From Octopus sinensis (Eukaryota), in contig NC_043001.1 in NCBI RefSeq assembly GCF_006345805.1, positions 22,940,001 to 23,004,000 on the forward strand: a stretch of 64,000 bases of DNA, read 5' to 3'. Below the pieces are notes generated by a model, which saw only the letters and a list, made by a program, of their open reading frames with translations, was not told the DNA's origin and searched no databases. Below are positions 25,846 to 39,734 of this stretch, in pieces; position 1 is the stretch's first letter, and each line of letters starts with the position of its first letter. The position numbers were made by a program, and so were the translations under genes.

Positions 25846-27540
25846 TATTCTATCAATCTATTTTTGCCGAATAACTACCTTAGGGGGACAAAACAAACCA
25901 ACACCGGTTATCAAGAAATAAAACAAACACAAGCATACACACAAATATACATCGCACACGCACCTGCGCGCCGTGGGATTCTGCACAGTTTCTATCTACT
26001 AAATTCACTTGCAATACATTATTCTGGCTTTGATCTTTAATAATAGATACTTGCCCTAAATGTCGCGCAATGAGTTTGATCCCGAAACCAAGTATTTGTG
26101 AACTAAACTTGTTAGCCACATAGCCATGTCTGTGTCTGCATTTAGACTTTATATTTAGAATTTCAGTTTATATTTTTCCCGTTTACTAAGTATAGTTGTA
26201 TTATTTTCCTGACACACCTAGCTACATCCCGCAGTAGACAGAAGCGCCCGGGACGCACCGTTTGACCAGCAGCGTTTTAGAATCACACATTATAGAGAGA
26301 CATTCATGCAATGAGCTATTACAAGAGACATGAAAAAATGCTGTATTAATCATATACGAATGGCTGCAAACAAAAAAGAAGAAAAAAAAGAAAAATACCA
26401 CATGTAGATTAAGATTGTCGTAAACAAAGTGTCAGTGGTTGACTCACAGATGAGACGCATAACTTTCTCTTGGATGTTGCCCAACGCTCGAGAGCAATGG
26501 TGCCAAACTAAATAAACTGTCTTCACGGTTACTTTGTTTGATTCGCGCGCTGTACATCGGTGTCTTCTCCTGTTACTGTAATAGCATATCACTCAATGTA
26601 AAACAGCTCCTGTTGAGATTAAAGTCTTGCAAGTTCGTGTATATCTAAAAGTGTTAGAGATTATTCTCGAAGTGAACTGATAAAAGGAAAATAAATATTC
26701 TGAACAAAAAGAAAGTAATATAATTTTCAATAATTAGCAGCATTCTGAAATGTTCGTCAAAGTTCAAAGATAATTGCCTAATAGGTTCCAGCAACAAACA
26801 GTTAGTAAACATTTGGATATATCAAATCGCAGTAGCTACGAACGGGTAGATTGATGTAAATAAATAAATCCAACGAATTTGATATATCAAACTAATATAT
26901 TGTACGTACACACATGCAGACACAACTATGATACGCGTGTATAGGAATCTATCAACGTCATCGCAGATTCACATATTTGACTACAAATGTTTGCCGTAAT
27001 ATGTATATAGATATGTACAAATACCACTACGTGTTTTAATATAACAATGGTTGGCAAAATGTTACATATTTGCTTGCAAACGATCAGTTAATAAGTGCAA
27101 ACAAGAATATTTGTTTTATTTACAAACATGAAAAGATTAAGAAGAAACATACCATCGAGTAATTGTTTTAATCCCTTCATTCCATTCTGCGATCACACAG
27201 ACCAGATGTATATTTCAGATCATTTCTGTTATTTCTCATTCCAGATTGCCCGGTGTTATAACTACCAGCTGTATATCGCTTATGTCAGATTAGATCCGTG
27301 GGGAGTGGGGAACCTCGCTTGAGGGTCAAATTTCGACTGTACTCCAATTTGAAACCGCTCACTAAAAAAGAAATTCTGTATGAAAAATAAATAAAATAAA
27401 ATCAGTCTCGGTGGTCAGGAATTCAATCCCCCTCACACACGCACACATACCCGAAATCACACCCGACAAAATTTGAAAACCTGAAAGCTTAATGTTACCC
27501 AGTAGTCATAGGCACCCTTCGAAAACGACTATAACCTAGC

Positions 27541-27776
27541 ACAATAGTTCTCAACTATATTTTGCCTATGGACATCTTTGATTCCAATTTTTCTCAGATG
27601 GACCCTCATAACCATTTTGATGCTTAAAAATCCCATTATATTTTTATAATTAAATATTATTAGGTATTGTATAAAAAAAAATTGTTAACATATTTTGTGT
27701 ATTGTAAAAGTTATAACCAGTTAATTGCACCTAAATTTTAACCTCAAAATCTTATGCGGAGCCCGGTTGAAAACAA
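27541..27776. mobile_element. Possible decayed hAT MITE
   Basis: Ends CAATAGTTCTCAAC and GTTGAAAAC resemble CAGTGGTTCTCAAC-type TIRs. No TSD seen. Confidence 0.3.
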
Positions 27777-27894
27777 ATAAGCTAATACCACGTTTTGTTT
27801 AATTATTTTAAGCATTCTTTGTAGTTGTGAGCAGAAATAAAACATTGTCTTTCCTCTCACCATTGAACTAGTGGAACATCGAAGATGTGACAGC

Positions 27895-27950
<56 letters not shown>

Positions 27951-27969
27951 TTTGCATTAGCAAATCGGT

Positions 27970-28112
27970 TGGTATTCATTTTTCAGCTGTGCAAACTGGG
28001 GAAGGTGAAATGAAGTAATGAAATACCTGCGCTGCCCGATCCAGGAATCAAAGCGACGACCTTACGATCATGAATCCAAAACCCTAACCACAAGGTCATG
28101 TGCCTTCTACAC
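27970..28112 (-). mobile_element. SINE family D fragment
   Basis: Reverse complement of the head and central domain of the 35030 copy. Confidence 0.6.
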
Positions 28113-28364
28113 ATTTTATTCACCCACAATAACGTATAATTTAAGGAAAATAACTCAGAACCAATCAAGCACTGGGGTTGATGATTTCGACTAACCGCTC
28201 CCTTTAAAAATTGCTAGCCCTGTGCTTATATTAAAATCCACAATTAACATCGTAGTTATTAATTTATTTTACTTAAAGTTCATGTACTCATCTCAAACCA
28301 GTCTGTTACTTTAATGTAGAGTTTTGAAATTTAAAAGTTTTACGGTTGAGTGGTTAAGAAGCTC

Positions 28365-28712
28365 CCTATGTAACATCGAGTTTCGGATTCAGCCCTACAC
28401 TGCGCAGCACTTTGGGCAATTGTCTTTTACTATAGCCACGTACAGACCAATGTCTTGTGAATGAATCTGAAGACGGAAACTGTGTGGAAGACCGTCCTGT
28501 ATGTGTAGTGTGTATGTGTGTGTCTCCTCCAAACTGCTTGACAACCGGTGTTATTTTATTTACGTTCCTGCAAATTAGCGGTTCGTAAAAAAAGATCAAT
28601 AGACTAAGTACCAGACATTAAAATAAACAATGGAGGTTGATCTGCTCGGCAAAAATCCTTCGAGGCGGAGTCTGAGTATGGCTGCAGTCTAATGACTGAA
28701 ACAAGTAAAAGA
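28365..28712 (+). mobile_element. SINE family A, old diverged copy
   Basis: Recognisable B box, GGAAACTG block and TGACTGAAACAAGTAAAAG tail. Confidence 0.75.
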
Positions 28713-28769
28713 TAGAAGATACGTATTTCTATCGCTGGAATCTTCATTTACATACAGAATTTCCCGCGA

Positions 28770-29045
28770 AGGTAGGGAGCCACTCTGTTATGTATTTCGA
28801 TATATTCTGAAGTGGTGGCCTGATGAGATAGTCAGCCAGGGTGTGAGTAAAGTCTCATTAAACTGACAACGCTTGAAGCATTTAGGATTGGCATTTTGGA
28901 CCTGAGCATAATTACCAGGTCTTCAGTTTCTCCTTTCATTTGAGAGTTTAGGGACCATATGGAGTTCTGTTGATTTAACTCCAATATTCTGTTCATTTCT
29001 TCAGGGTTTTTTATTTTTGTTTTCTTCTTACCTTTTTTGTTTAAC
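28770..29045 (-). mobile_element. Decayed R4/Dong fragment (pre-CCHC and zinc-knuckle region)
   Basis: Minus strand: SQMKGETEDLVI..AQ..NPKC..CQFNETL, resembling LK.ETE.LIIAAQDQ...KCR.C....ET..H. Confidence 0.45.
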
Positions 29046-31819
29046 ATTTGTTTTTATCTATAACATCTGGTATGTTTTGTGTGTTTAAAACTGTGTTTGT
29101 GATTTTTGAAGGGTGTATTGTTAGAGTACCCTATTTCTGCCAAATATTTCTCTACTTTGTTGTGTATTAAACCCGCCCTATTTGTTTTGTGCTACCATGT
29201 TTGTAATAAGGTCTCTCTCTTTTAATGGAGGTCAGTTCCAGTTCAACTGCAGACTAATTATAGACCATATCTACTTCCACAAACTCGCAATCTGATTCGA
29301 GATATAAATGCGCTAACGGCTTGTGTTCTGTAATCTAAATTTCAGAACAGTATGAACTTTTTTCATGTCAATTTATTTTATTTCCTACAACCAGTGCTAG
29401 ATTAATCATTAAGCAAAATAAGTACATACTCACGGCATCAAATGAAGCGGGGAGAACACAGAAATGGCAAAAGATTTACGGTAAAAAGGAATCGCTTTAA
29501 ACATGCTAAAATAATATTCAGCATGCTTTTATCTCTACTAAGTATAGAAGCAGATGTGTTAGTAAGATTGATTTTGAGGATCCGATCAAAGACTTTGTAA
29601 TTAAAAAACGTAGGAGAAAATTTTTTCAAATATAAATGAAGTGGAAGTATGCAAAAATTATGTTCAGTCTTACTGTTAGTTTTGTTTCATTTTGAAAACC
29701 ATATTTTATGGTTTATTGTTGTTTATATTATGAATTACATATATATAAAGGTACCAAAATCTTTTAAGTGCTTAGAGCTCAGTATAAAGTTATATCCATA
29801 TCACATAAATGTTACTTTATTCATTAATAGCTGTATTTAAATCCATAAGAGCCTCATCTACAGCCATGTTCTTCAGGAGGAAGGTTATTCGGATCTAGAT
29901 ATTGATAAAGCCATTTACTTTTTGTGTTACTGTTAGGGTCTCGCAAAAACTAGGAAGAAATGATTGACCGAGTTGCGAGCCACTCATTTCTCTATATTTT
30001 TATAGAAAGGATTGTTTATTTTTGTGCCAGCTATTCCGGTGTTTGAGATGGGCATCTTACTTTACTTAAATATTGTCATATGTGTGTGCAAGACATCCAG
30101 ATGCTTAATTCAGAAATGTTGAACTTTATGTAATGCAGACGACTTCCAGATGGCTCTCCCTTGCATGTCTTGTATAACATACTTTTTCCTGAAATACCTG
30201 TCTATTACGGCAATAGTATATGGTTAAAATTTTATTTTGTTCCATGGATTACTTTATTTCTTATAATAATTTTTTTTACTTTCCATAGATTTTATATTTT
30301 AAAAAATGTGTTTGTCTGAATATTCTCCACTTTTGTGATGTGTTGTTTATTAGTATAAAAGGTATTTTTAGTTTTATTATCTTAAAAGATTTTCACTTGA
30401 CTGAATAGTTTGAATGTCTCGAAACCAAAACAAAAAGAAAGGAAGAAAGAAATATGTTTTCTCCGTATTTTGGCTTCCTTCTCTTGAATTAATCTTTTGT
30501 AACAAGTCAACAGTTAATCTGCAACGCGATCACATGAGCGGCGCAAACGTAATTTTGCAATGGCCGTTTTCAAAATAAAATTGAACACTCCTTATCTTTT
30601 GTACAGTTCTGTATTTTTTTATTCCTAACAGTGAAAAATCTCCCAAATTTTTGTTAAGTACATGTAAAAAAAAAAATGGTATACTTTGAAAAGTCATCTC
30701 AATGTTAAAATGGAAAGTAAATTTTGCGCCACTCTGTAGGAATAACGGCTAAATCTCCTTCAAATCACATGTTATCTTAAAGAAGGACTTATTCGATAAC
30801 GTATTTCTATATTATGTCTATGTCTGATAAAATTGATAGAGTGACCAGCGTTAGAATACTTTTGAATTAAAATATGATTTACCATGGTTGATCTGTAATT
30901 AAAAGGCTAGAGCCGGGTAAACCCAGTAATGGATTTTCAGGTACGCCATGCTGTTATTCTTTCTCTTCTTAAAAAACCCCAAAAAAACAAACAAACAAAC
31001 AAACAAACAAAAAACAAAACAAAACTGTCTTCATAATGGTACCCATAACCTTATTAAAGTAAGTGGGAGAAAAATCGTTTTAACTGACAATATACAGTAT
31101 ACTTACGTATAAACCGTTGTAAAACAATGCGATGACTTTTCGGTGAACTTTTGTTTTTCTTTACATATGTGGATAAAGAAGAGTCATTGGACAGAAAAAT
31201 CAGAGGAAATAAAAAAAAAAGGTATTACCGACAAATAATACCGAAAAGAAGGTAAGAAATTAAAACTAGAAGACAAAGAGGGGACAATTCTAGAGTCTCA
31301 GTGTTAACGAAAGCAACTGAAAAAAATGGATATATTGCAATTCTACTGCGAAATTTAGATGAGAGATTAGAAGTGGATTAAATATTCCAATGCAATGCAA
31401 GCATTGTTGTATGGTTAGCGAGCTAGCTTTGCAACCTCGTGGTTTCGGATTCAGTTCCACTGCGTGGTACCTTGGGCAAGAGTCTTCTACCATAACCCCG
31501 AGCTGTATGAGTGTTTTAGAGTTTGTGTTTGTCTCTCTTATAACAAAGTAAGGTTATTATGTTTATTCTTTGATTACGTTCGTTTCAATAACATATGAGG
31601 TAAAAAAAATGATTTTATAACCAACCTGGAAAATATGAAAGTAAGCAATGATTATATAATATTGTATATAACGTATAACTTAATCATTTTATTAAGATCG
31701 AATGAAAGAAAATTTCATACATCTCTGCTTCTACTGAAGCATTGTTCCTTTCTATTCATTCTGTTAGCGGGGAGTGAACCACATGGATTCGTGGATTCCC
31801 TTTCATTTACACTCACACA

Positions 31820-32590
<771 letters not shown>

Positions 32591-33269
32591 GAAGAAATGG
32601 AAGAAATATTTCCTTTAAAATTATTTACTAATGAGAAAATAAAATCTTAGAAAACCAGAATGACACGTGTCAACCAATATATCTCAGAATATTTCACAGC
32701 ATAAGATCCTTCCTTTGGTTTTCTTTAGGGCGGAATCCATGGTAAGGGAGTGAATGTTAATATCATTTTTGAATTGAAATTTACTCAAGTAAAATAATTG
32801 CTTTAATATTTGTGTATTTTTTTTAAATTTAGGATTACTTTATAACATATTTCAACCTTAATCTACCCAGGAAACGAGAACATTTTATTTTGTTTCTCTA
32901 TAAACTTATAATGCTATTTTGGTGTTTTTGTTTCAGATTTTCCCTATTATCGCTGTATCTGTTCCCCAGATTACTTTTTCTTGTTTTCTCAGGGATTTCG
33001 TTTCTCATAAGAGTTTATTTACTGCACATACTTTGGCATACATTAGTTATTTCTCACTGTAACTTATCATAAGGTTATTTTTAATGCTTGATTAAGATGC
33101 TTGATAAGGTCTATTTTTTTAAATGCTATCTTGATGATTTGTGTGATGCGTCTTTAATTTGCTTTAATTTGTTTATTTAACGTTTTGTTTTATTTTCTCT
33201 AGTAAACATCTAGCCTCGTTTACCACGAGGGTTGATTAAAAAATTGTGATAAGTGAATCATCCCTATGC

Positions 33270-33420
33270 ACTTTATAGATGGAATGCGTGGTAGATGCAT
33301 TGACACCAAAATTGCAACTCACGGCATCGAAGTTCTACCTTTGTCTGCTGAGAATACACTTTTATTCGTCGCTTATTTGGAGCAGACGTCTTCGCATTTT
33401 TTTTCTTGCCACTGGTCCAT
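33270..33420 (-). mobile_element. Decayed pogo/Tigger transposase N-terminal HTH fragment
   Basis: Minus strand: RKKMRRRLLQISDE*KCILSRQR*NFDAVSCNFGVNASTTHSIYK, resembling KRK...L.DK..IL......S.AAV...FGVNESTI.SI.K. Confidence 0.5.
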
Positions 33421-33539
33421 AAAAAATAAATACATTGATATCATCTTCTTCAACTATTACATCTCTCAAAATGTGTGGTTTTGCATCCATGTAACAAACC
33501 ATTATCTTACAATACTTCTTTATAAACGGCTTGCCTCAT

Positions 33540-33985
33540 TCATGTATACATATACACACATGCATACATATATATAAACATATATATACATCTATAAACA
33601 TATATATATACATATATATACATATATATATATACACACACACATATATATATACATATATATTCACGTATACATACATATGTATATATACATATATACA
33701 TATACATACATATATATATATATATACATATATACATATACATACATATATATACATATGCATATATATACATATACATATCTATATGTATATATACATA
33801 CATCTATATATATATATACATACATCTATATATATACATACATATATATATATATATATAATATATATATATATTATATATATATATATCTATATATATA
33901 TACATATATATCTATTTCTATATATATATGTCTATATCTATATCTATATATATATATATATATAATATATATATATAGATATATT
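33540..33985. repeat. Long (TA)/(CA) microsatellite
   Basis: Read directly from the sequence. Confidence 0.95.
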
Positions 33986-34180
33986 TAGAAGGTTGAAAAG
34001 GAACACTCGAGTTGATATGTATAAGGAAAATAAGTCAAGGTAGAAAATGCATAAAATCATTTGGTACCGGTTTCAGTCGTTGAGACTTTTTCAACTCTAA
34101 GTATGGTAAACAATTAAATTTTGGAAAAATTAAATGAAAAGTTTTTTAAATGAATGTTTGCATAGTATTCATGTACAAGG
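33986..34180 (-). mobile_element. Probable Penelope-like terminal fragment with a hammerhead-like motif at 34065-34094
   Basis: Minus strand reads TTGAAAA-AGTC-TCAAC-GACT-GAAA-CCGGT-A. It abuts (TA)n. Confidence 0.4.
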
Positions 34181-34257
34181 GGCATTTTGCTTTGTTCTGC
34201 CTATCTCTGTCTCTCATTTTTAATCTTGTGGGTTCGAGATCATTGTGAATTCTTGGC

Positions 34258-34348
34258 AGAGAAGAAGAAGAAGAAGAAGAGAAGAAGAAGAAGAGAAGAA
34301 GAAGAAGAAGAAGAAAAGAGAAGAAGAAGAAGAAGAAGAAGAAAAGAA
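34258..34348. repeat. (GAA)n microsatellite
   Basis: Read directly from the sequence. Confidence 0.95.
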
Positions 34349-34494
34349 TACGGGAGTGGTATGATAGTAGTAGGGTGTTAAATGGTCAAGTGACCTAAAA
34401 GTGGATCGTTGTGGTTTACAGTAGTGATTGGGACCGTTTTAAACGAATTCTTGGGTATCTCTTTTGATTGTATCATAATACCGCTAATACCTAT

Positions 34495-34723
34495 TTCTTT
34501 ATTAAACACAAGGGGTTAAACACAGAGGGGACAAACAAAGACAGACGAACGGATTCAGTCGCTTACATCGACCACAGTGCGTAACTGGTGCTTAATTTAT
34601 CGACCCCGAAAGGATGAAAGGCAAAGTCGACCTCGGCGGAATTTGAACTCAGAACGTAAAGACAGACGAAATACCGCTAAGCATTTCGCCCGGCGTGCTA
34701 ACGTTTCTGCCAGCTCACCGCCT
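34495..34723 (-). mobile_element. SINE family B, full length, tail-1
   Basis: Reverse-complement consensus. The sense-strand 3' end reads AATAAAGAAATAGGTATT. Confidence 0.9.
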
Positions 34724-35029
34724 TTGATTCGACCAAAGTAATGTATGTACTTGTGTTTGCGTGCATTTGTGTTTGTATTAGTATGTGTGTGTATGTCTTT
34801 GTGCCCTTTTCCCCTACTCCCACTGTATGACGACTGCTGTAGGTTTATTCGGCAAAAGGCTCATAGAATAAGCGCCAGATATTATATGTACTGAGAATCG
34901 ATTTGTTTGACTAAACCCTTCGAGGTGGTGCCCTAGCATGGCCGTTGTCAAATTATCGAAATGAGTAAAGAATAAAAAATAAAAGAGTTAACCCGTCGCG
35001 GCATTATATTCAGCACAGTGAAAGCATTG

Positions 35030-35340
35030 TGGTTAGGGTATTCGACTCACGATCGTAATGACAGGAGTTCGAATCCTGCCGACACATTGAGTCCTTGAGC
35101 AAGACAATTTATTTACCGTTGCTCCATTCTTACCAGTCAGCTGGCTAAAATGAACAGTACCTGTAATTCAAAGAGCCAGCCTTATCACTTTCTGTGTCAC
35201 GCTGAATCTCTCTGAGAACTCCATTAAGGGTACACGTGTCTGTGGAGCGCTCGGCCACTTGCACGTTAATTTCACGAGCAGGTTTTCCGTTGATTGGATC
35301 AACTGGAGCCCACGTCGTCGTAACCGAAGGAGTGTCAGTT
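35030..35340 (+). mobile_element. SINE family D (tRNA head plus conserved central TCCTTGAGCAAGACA domain)
   Basis: GTGGTTAGGGTATTCGAC..GAGTTCGAATCC (A and B boxes), GTCCTTGAGCAAGACA, tail GATCAACTGGAGCCCACGTCGTCGTAACCG. Confidence 0.75.
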
Positions 35341-36843
35341 TATGTTTAGCACGACTGCAACTTGAATCTCTATACCGCTGGACTGGCGATCGTTGTTATA
35401 TTTACCCTTAAACAGTGTGATTTTCTGAAGTTGTCTTTCCATTTGAATAAAAAAAAAAATCCCTCAGATTTTATTCTTTCTCTCTCCTTCTCTCTCTCTC
35501 TCTCTCTCTCTCTTAATTTTGCCGCTCTGTTCCCGAATAAGAAGTGTGTTCTTGTCTACTGGCTGCTTAGATAAAAATCAGTAGCGCGAAATCGTTCCAC
35601 CCACGGTATTACAGGTGTGTGACCCTACCGTAAGTGGAACAAACAAGTCTTTCATGACAGTGGAGTTAATAGATATACTGATGTATGTATGTATGTATGT
35701 ATGTATGTATGTATGTATGTATGTATGTATGTATGTATGTGTATCTACACGCACACACACATATTTGAGTGTATATAGAGTGATCTTGTCCTTATCTGTT
35801 GTTTGTAGGCAAAACGCCCCGCTGAGGTATTTTCCCTAAGATATTAAATTGCTGCAATTTCCAACTAAATATGTATTAAAAAAATTTCAGAATAACAGTC
35901 TGTGTGTGTGTGCTCGCGCATATATGTATACATGTCCGTGCATGTATATTTGTGTGTATATGTGTATAAAACCTTTGTGAAACTAAGAGCGTTCTTTAGA
36001 GTCGTGTGTTAGACAAAGGATATCACCCAGCAGACGTCACAAATTTGGTGAAACTTTCGTTAACGCCGCCTTCATTCCTTGTTCAAAATAACATTCATAT
36101 TGCTTGGATAATAAATGAGCAAAGGAGGTAACAAAGAGTACATTCTGCACCAATCTCGAAAAAGTATGGCGCCCGGAAAGGAAACAAACGAGTCTTTCAT
36201 TGCGGCAAAGTTAATAGATATTGTGATCCGGCTTTTATCTATTAACGCCTGCGATTATTGCCTGTACAAATATACTTACTTCTTTCTTATAAATTCTCTT
36301 TTATTTTTTGGCTGTATTAAAGCAGAAATTACCTCTTGTTTTTGTCTACCAGAGTGCCGTGCAGTGCAGATTAAATGGTGGCTTGCTTTACAGCTATTTA
36401 TCAGCTAGTTACAGGCGTCTGGACTGCTTAACTTTTAGAAACTGTCACCGACTCATACTCCTGAAACGTTTCAATGTATGTTACTGAATTCGTGCGATCT
36501 AATTTCCCCACAAACGTAAATTTCAACACATTCGCGGACATCTGCAGGTACTCCCCCACCCCACACACTCTCTCACTCTTTCTCTCTCACACACGTCTGC
36601 ATATGTATAGCGATGCTTTGTAAATTTTAACACATTATCTACTCAGGTGAGCAGTATTAATGAATTGTAATTTTGCAATGGGTTGTAATTAAATTGTGAA
36701 GGTGCGTATACATGTCCGTGTAGGAGTGGCTGTGTGGTAAGTAGCTTGCTTACCAACCACATGGTTCCGGGTTCAGTGCCACTGCGTGGCACCTTCGGCA
36801 AGTGTCTTCTACTATAGCCTCGGGTGGACCAAAGCCTTGTGTG

Positions 36844-37521
36844 TTATTAGTAATAATAATGGCTTTAAATTTTTTGTAGTTTTCCGGCACGGTAACGACT
36901 CTGCCAGCTCGCTGCCTATCCTTTCTACTATAGGTACAAGGCCTGACATTTGGGCGAGGGGGCTAGTCGATTACATTGACCCCAGTGTTTAACTGGTACT
37001 CTCAGTCATTGGAGTGTAACCATGCCTTCATGGATCATACTGACTTCACTTATTTCAGTTGATCATACTGACCCTATTACCTATGGCAGTCTGGTACTTA
37101 TTTTATCGAACACTATTTGTCGAACTGCTAAGTTACTGTACATAAAGGCGTAGGAGTGGCTGTGTGGTAAATAGCTTGTTTATCAACCACATGGTCCCAG
37201 GTTCAGTCCCACTGCGTGGCATCTTGGGCAAGTGTCTTCTGCTATAGCCTCGGACCGACCAAAGCCTTGTGAGAGGATTTGGTAGACAGAAACTGAAAGA
37301 AGCCCGTCGTATATATATGTGTGTGTGTGTTTGTCCCTCAACATCGCTTGACAACCGATGCTGGTGTGTTTACGTCCCCGTAACTTAGCGGTTCGGCAAA
37401 AGAGACCGATAGAATAAGTACTAGGCTTACAAAGAATAAGTCCTGGTGTCGATTTGCTTGACTAAAGGCGGTGCTCCAGCATGGCCGCAGTCAAATGACT
37501 GAAACAAGTAAAAGAGTAAGA
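36844..37521 (+). mobile_element. Composite unit (~300-bp mosaic flank plus SINE-A), copy 1
   Basis: Reverse complement of 55712-56402, including the non-SINE segment CTCTCAGTCATTGGAGTGTAACCATGCCTTCATGGATCATACTGAC. Confidence 0.9.
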
Positions 37522-37599
37522 GCGCGTGGTCTATTCCTTATTCAGTCAATCTCTGTTAATTTAGTTAGTTGCAAGCTGTAAGGTTTTTTCTACTGAATT

Positions 37600-38267
37600 T
37601 TAAATATTGGCAAAAGGCCAGCAATTTCTAGGGAAGGGATAAGTCGATTACATCGAACCCAGTGTTCAACTGGTATTTATGTTATCGACCCCGAAAGGAA
37701 GAAAGGAAAAGTCGACCACGGCGGCATTTGAACTCAGAACGTAAAGTCGAAAGAAATACCGCTAAGCATTTTTCCCGACGCGGTAACGATTTTGCCAGCT
37801 CGCCGCCTTATATAAGACTTTTCATATTGGTTTCAGATTCTGGCACAAGGACAGCAGTTCGAGGAAGGGGCTAACTCGAGTATATCGACTCCAGTGGTAC
37901 TTATTTTATCACTCCGGAAGGATGAAAGGCAAAGTCGACCTCGATGTAATATGAACTCAGAACGTAAGAACGGACGAAACGCCGCTAAGAATTTTACTCT
38001 GTGTGCTAACGGCTCAGCCAGCTCGCCGCCTTACTTATATTTCTTTACTACCCACAAGGGGCTAAACACAGAGAGGACAAACAAGGACAGACAAACGAAT
38101 TAAGTCGATTATATCGACCCAGTGCGTAACTGGTACTTAATTTATCGACCTCGAAAGGATGAAAGGCAAAGTCGACCTCGGTGGAATTTGAACTCAGAAC
38201 GTAACGGCAGGCGAAATACGGCTACGCATATCGCCCGGCGTGCTAACGTTTCTGCCAGCTCGCCACC
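37600..38267 (-). mobile_element. Three head-to-tail SINE-B copies
   Basis: Units at about 37600-37808, 37830-38030 and 38038-38267. Confidence 0.85.
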
Positions 38268-39319
38268 TTACTTTTCACATTGTAAGTGCAAATGTTTCGT
38301 TCATGGCTGTTTCCAGTAAACAATTTTTTTGCAACCAGTAAAAGTAAAGAGCGGTTAGTTTGGAAAAGCTTGTCTGTTAAAGATAGGAGTCGGTTGACAG
38401 ACGAAAAAAAATCTTTTTTATCTTAGTAAAAGATTTTTTTTTTCTTATTAAACAACATTTTAATAAACGTTGGGTAATCGATTTTCGAATCAAAACCCTT
38501 TTACTTGTGAGACTTATTCGCATTCCGGAGCCCCTAACTTCAGGCAAATGTCTAGTTACTAGTTTCTTGTTCAGAGAATGAGAAATCAGACATTGCGAGC
38601 CTGATAAGGGTGCGAAGGAAGTCTATTATCCAAGCAACCATGTGTGTGTGTGTGTGTATGTGTGTGTGAGTGTGTCTGCGCGTATTCATATTTATGTTTG
38701 GAATTGTTTGCTTAAATTCATGTCTTTGATATATGTTTGCTTAATTACCTGGGATTGATTATTATTATTAAAATCGTTGTTTTCCAGGTAGACTCTTGCC
38801 ATTCATTAAGAATCTCGTTCTGGGGCGGGGCCACGACGTCCCCATCATGATTTGAGACAAGGATTCCGATGATCAAGTGTATAGTCTATTCTGGAGGATT
38901 CTTTACCCCGGAACTATCGATGACTTGTAAGAAACATCCTCCTGATAGTGCTACCGAAGTTCGTTGCTAGTTTGGGACAACCTCTACAAGTACGATAGTG
39001 TCGCCAGCCGGGCTTACACGAGATATGCACAGGACAATGAAACTATTTTTATGCAATTCATTCAGTGTCCGATCATTTCTTAACTGTGGAGCAGTTGTCG
39101 TGCTTAAGACGGATTTGTCTTTAAGCTGAGCACATTATTAGGATGGCTCGCTTCGCTGCCTTCATTTCGCTTTGAAGGGCGTCCAGTCTTACTGTCTGGA
39201 AGCCATGGTTAAAGAGAGAGTACTGTGTTGACAATATTGAAAAGACTGGTCAACCACTTTCCTATTCAGGTAATCTCTCATTAACTTTATCAAGATCCAC
39301 TTGAGAGAAAAATAACAGA

Positions 39320-39351
<32 letters not shown>

Positions 39352-39734
39352 AGCAGAAAAAAGAAAGAAAGAAGGAAAGAAAGAGGGAGGGAGGGATGGA
39401 GGGAGGGATGGAGGGAGGGATGGAGGGAGGGAGAAAGTGAATTTACTGAAGAGCGAGTGAAATTGACAGGAATGACCTTGAATTGAATGCTCCCATTCTT
39501 AGCTTGTAGGCAGGAGAACACAGCTGGGATAAAGCACTTCTTGAGAGTCAGAACATTCCCAGTATTTATGGGTTCCTTGAATGGCATTTGGTAGCTTTCT
39601 TCAGCTTGGGACATCTCATTTAATGTTTTCGTATACTATTGCTTTTCATGCCTGTTTTTTTCTGGTAATGGTTCTACGAAAACACCTACCGTTTCTGTAA
39701 TTTATCTTTGTAATGTGTCTTTGGTTTTGTTATA

